DNA from: Octopus sinensis
Taxonomy: Eukaryota
Reading direction: 5' to 3'
DNA length: 64,000 nucleotides
NCBI RefSeq assembly: GCF_006345805.1
Contig: NC_043014.1
Span: 31,558,001 to 31,622,000 of the forward strand
The notes beneath the pieces are model-generated. The model had not been told where the DNA came from, searched no databases, and saw only the letters and a program-made list of their open reading frames with translations. Shown in pieces: positions 61,861 through 64,000 of this stretch (position 1 is its first letter; every line of letters begins with the position of its first letter). Both the position numbers and the translations under genes were made by a program.

Positions 61861-62254
61861 AAATGCCCCCCTTCCCCTGCCACAGATTTTGTACTCTTGC
61901 AAGCTGCATTGGTAACCTTACAGGTGCTTGTGGCACAAAAAAAAAAAGCACCCAGTACATGCTGTAAAGTAGTTGGCATTAGGAAGTGAATCCAACCACA
62001 GAACATACCAAAGCAGATACAGGAGTGTAACACAGTCCTCGGACTCATCACCATCCCACTCATAACAGGATGGAACATAGACATTAAATGATGATGATGA
62101 TGAGCACACATTATGCCATTTTAAGTAAGAACACTCCCATCAAAGAGATACATAATTAGCTTCCTTGTGTGTCAGGCAAACATCAATGTAGGGTTCACTT
62201 TGCTGGACATTGCATGTGAACTATTGTACATTCAGAGACAATAAAAGCTAATGT

Positions 62255-62760
62255 CATCATCTGTTGTTTACTCTTTCTCTCTTTTATTTGTTTCAGTCAT
62301 TTGACTGCGGCCATGCTGGAGCACCGCCTTTAGTCGAGCAAATCGACCCCGGGACTTATTCTTTGTAAGCCCAGTACTTATTCTATCGGTCTCTTTTGCC
62401 GAACCGCTAAGTGACGGGGACGTAAACACACCACCATCGGTTGTCAAGCAATGGTAGGGGGACAAACACACACACACAAACATACACATGGATATAAACA
62501 CATGTTTATGGATATCTTTTTTTAATTTTCTTTTATCTTTTTACTTGTTTCAGTCATTAGACTGTGGCTCTGCCTTGAGGAATTTGTAGTTGGATGAATC
62601 AACTGCGGTACATCCCCCCCCCCCCACTTAAGCTTGGTACTTATTCTATTGGTCGTTTTAGCCAAACCACTAAGTTACGGGGACATAAACACACCAGCAC
62701 CACCAGTTGTCAAGCAGTGATGGAGGACAAACACAGAAACAAAGACACATATACAAAGAC
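62255..62760 (-). mobile_element. Two family A SINE tail halves (62255-62480 and 62540-62760)
   Basis: Both match the tail of 46526-46924. Confidence 0.75.
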
Positions 62761-62768
62761 ATATTATA

Positions 62769-63931
62769 CGTGGTGTAATTAATAAGAGTCTGGACTGTTG
62801 CCATAGTAGTGAAGCTAAAGCACAGAATAAAGCCACTTAGCACAGATTGACCTTGAACTCTGCTGTGCATGCACTCTAAGTTTTAACATTCTAGCTCACT
62901 GCTGTTGTTTACAGCAGTGCTTGGAAGGGAGGTGTGTAGCATGTGATCATCACATTGACCATGACAGAGAAAGTTGTCATGAAAATACCCGCTCAGAGGA
63001 TTATGCAAAGTTGCAGAAAGTGTATGGAGTGGAGTGTATGAGCTGTGTACAAGTGGTTCAGATGTTTCCAAGATGGCCGAAAAGATGTCAAACATTCTGG
63101 AAGACCTGCAACCAGCAGAACTTAGAAAAACATCACATATGTGCATGCAGCTGTGAGGGGAAATCATTGAATCACCATCCATGAGTTATCAGAAAATGTG
63201 CAGATTAGTTACAGTTCAGTTCAGTCCATTATCACTCAAGATTTGGGTATGAGACATGTGTCTGCCAAGTTTGTACCAAAACTGCTTTCAGTTGATCAAA
63301 AAGACATTTGGGTTTCAATTGCACAAGATCTCCTTGATTGTGTTGAGAACAGTGAAAACTTTTTTAAAATGGTCATAACGGACGATGAATTGTGGGTCTA
63401 TGTCTATGACCCGAAACAAAGGCTCAGTCTTTGCAGTGGAAGATTCCAATCTCTCCGAAACCGAAGAAAGCATGAATGAGATGAAGCAATGTGAAGACAC
63501 TGTTGACTGTTTTCTTTGACTACAAAGAGATTTTTCATCATGAATATGCCGCAATGTTTTGCAGCATTTGCAGGATGCTATTCATCGGAAAAGGCCACAA
63601 TTGTACCATGACAACACACCAGCCCATTCAGCACAGCAGTTTTGGGCTAGATACAGCATTTCCCAGATCTTGCCCTTTGCGTCTTTTTCTTCTTTTCAAA
63701 AATCAAATCTCACTTGAAAGGAATATTTCAGGATGTCGAGGAAACCAAAGAAAATGCAACAAAGCAGCTACTAATTATCCCAGAAAACGACTTCCAGGAA
63801 TGCTTCCATCAATGGAAACACCACTGGATTAAGTGTGTGGCTTCCAAAGGGGACTACTTTGAAGATTAAATGCCAAATGTTGTACTATTGTTTTTATAGC
63901 ACCAGTCTGGATACTTATTGATCAGACCTCA
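62769..63931 (+). mobile_element. Mariner (DD34D-type) transposon with both TIRs; transposase pseudogenised
   Basis: ITQDLGMRHVSAKFVPKLL; VITDDELWVYVYDP; HDNTPAH; SPDLA-type motif. TA|CGTGGTGTAATTAATAAGAGTCTGGAC ... GTCTGGATACTTATTGATCAGACCTCA|TA. Confidence 0.92.
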
Positions 63932-63949
63932 TATACATATATATATATA

Positions 63950-64000
63950 TGACAGGCTTCTTTCACTTTCAGTCTACCAAATCCACTCACAAGGGTTTGG
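63950..64000 (-). mobile_element. Family A SINE head half (runs off the window)
   Basis: GACAGGCTTCTTTCACTTTCAGTCTACCAAATCCACTCACAAGG. Confidence 0.75.

Noticed and set aside
1-64000. CRISPR arrays, rRNA or prokaryotic operon-like systems
   Set aside because: No regularly interspaced repeats with unique spacers, no rRNA similarity and no dense long ORFs; the sequence is typical eukaryotic repeat-rich DNA.

Overview
AT-rich, repeat-saturated eukaryotic DNA that reads as intronic or intergenic. The SINE/LINE repertoire suggests an octopus or other coleoid cephalopod (inference; no database check was possible). No intact, recognisable host protein-coding gene is present: nearly all long ORFs in the track are microsatellite artefacts or decayed transposon fragments. 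Recognisable elements: a Penelope-like retroelement (RT + GIY-YIG, 55.2-57.8 kb), three Tc1/mariner DD37D-like fossils plus one mariner with both TIRs, a Helitron Rep fragment, RTE LINE 3' ends, two RLE-type LINE 3' ends, five TTAA-flanked MITEs and about 30 copies of several modular tRNA-derived SINE families. The most striking feature is a 160-bp, 158/160-identical palindrome (21024-21386) whose arms each fold into a complete type-I hammerhead ribozyme; one of its two mismatches sits on the cleavage nucleotide. It lies in a 2-kb cluster of further inverted repeats next to the Helitron fragment. Other highlights are a SINE with a ~96-bp target-site duplication, repeated use of the SINE-internal (TA)n tract as a landing pad, and recurring SINE multimer junctions. 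Family labels A-E are my own working names. Most repeat boundaries are approximate (about +/-20 bp) unless TIRs or TSDs define them.
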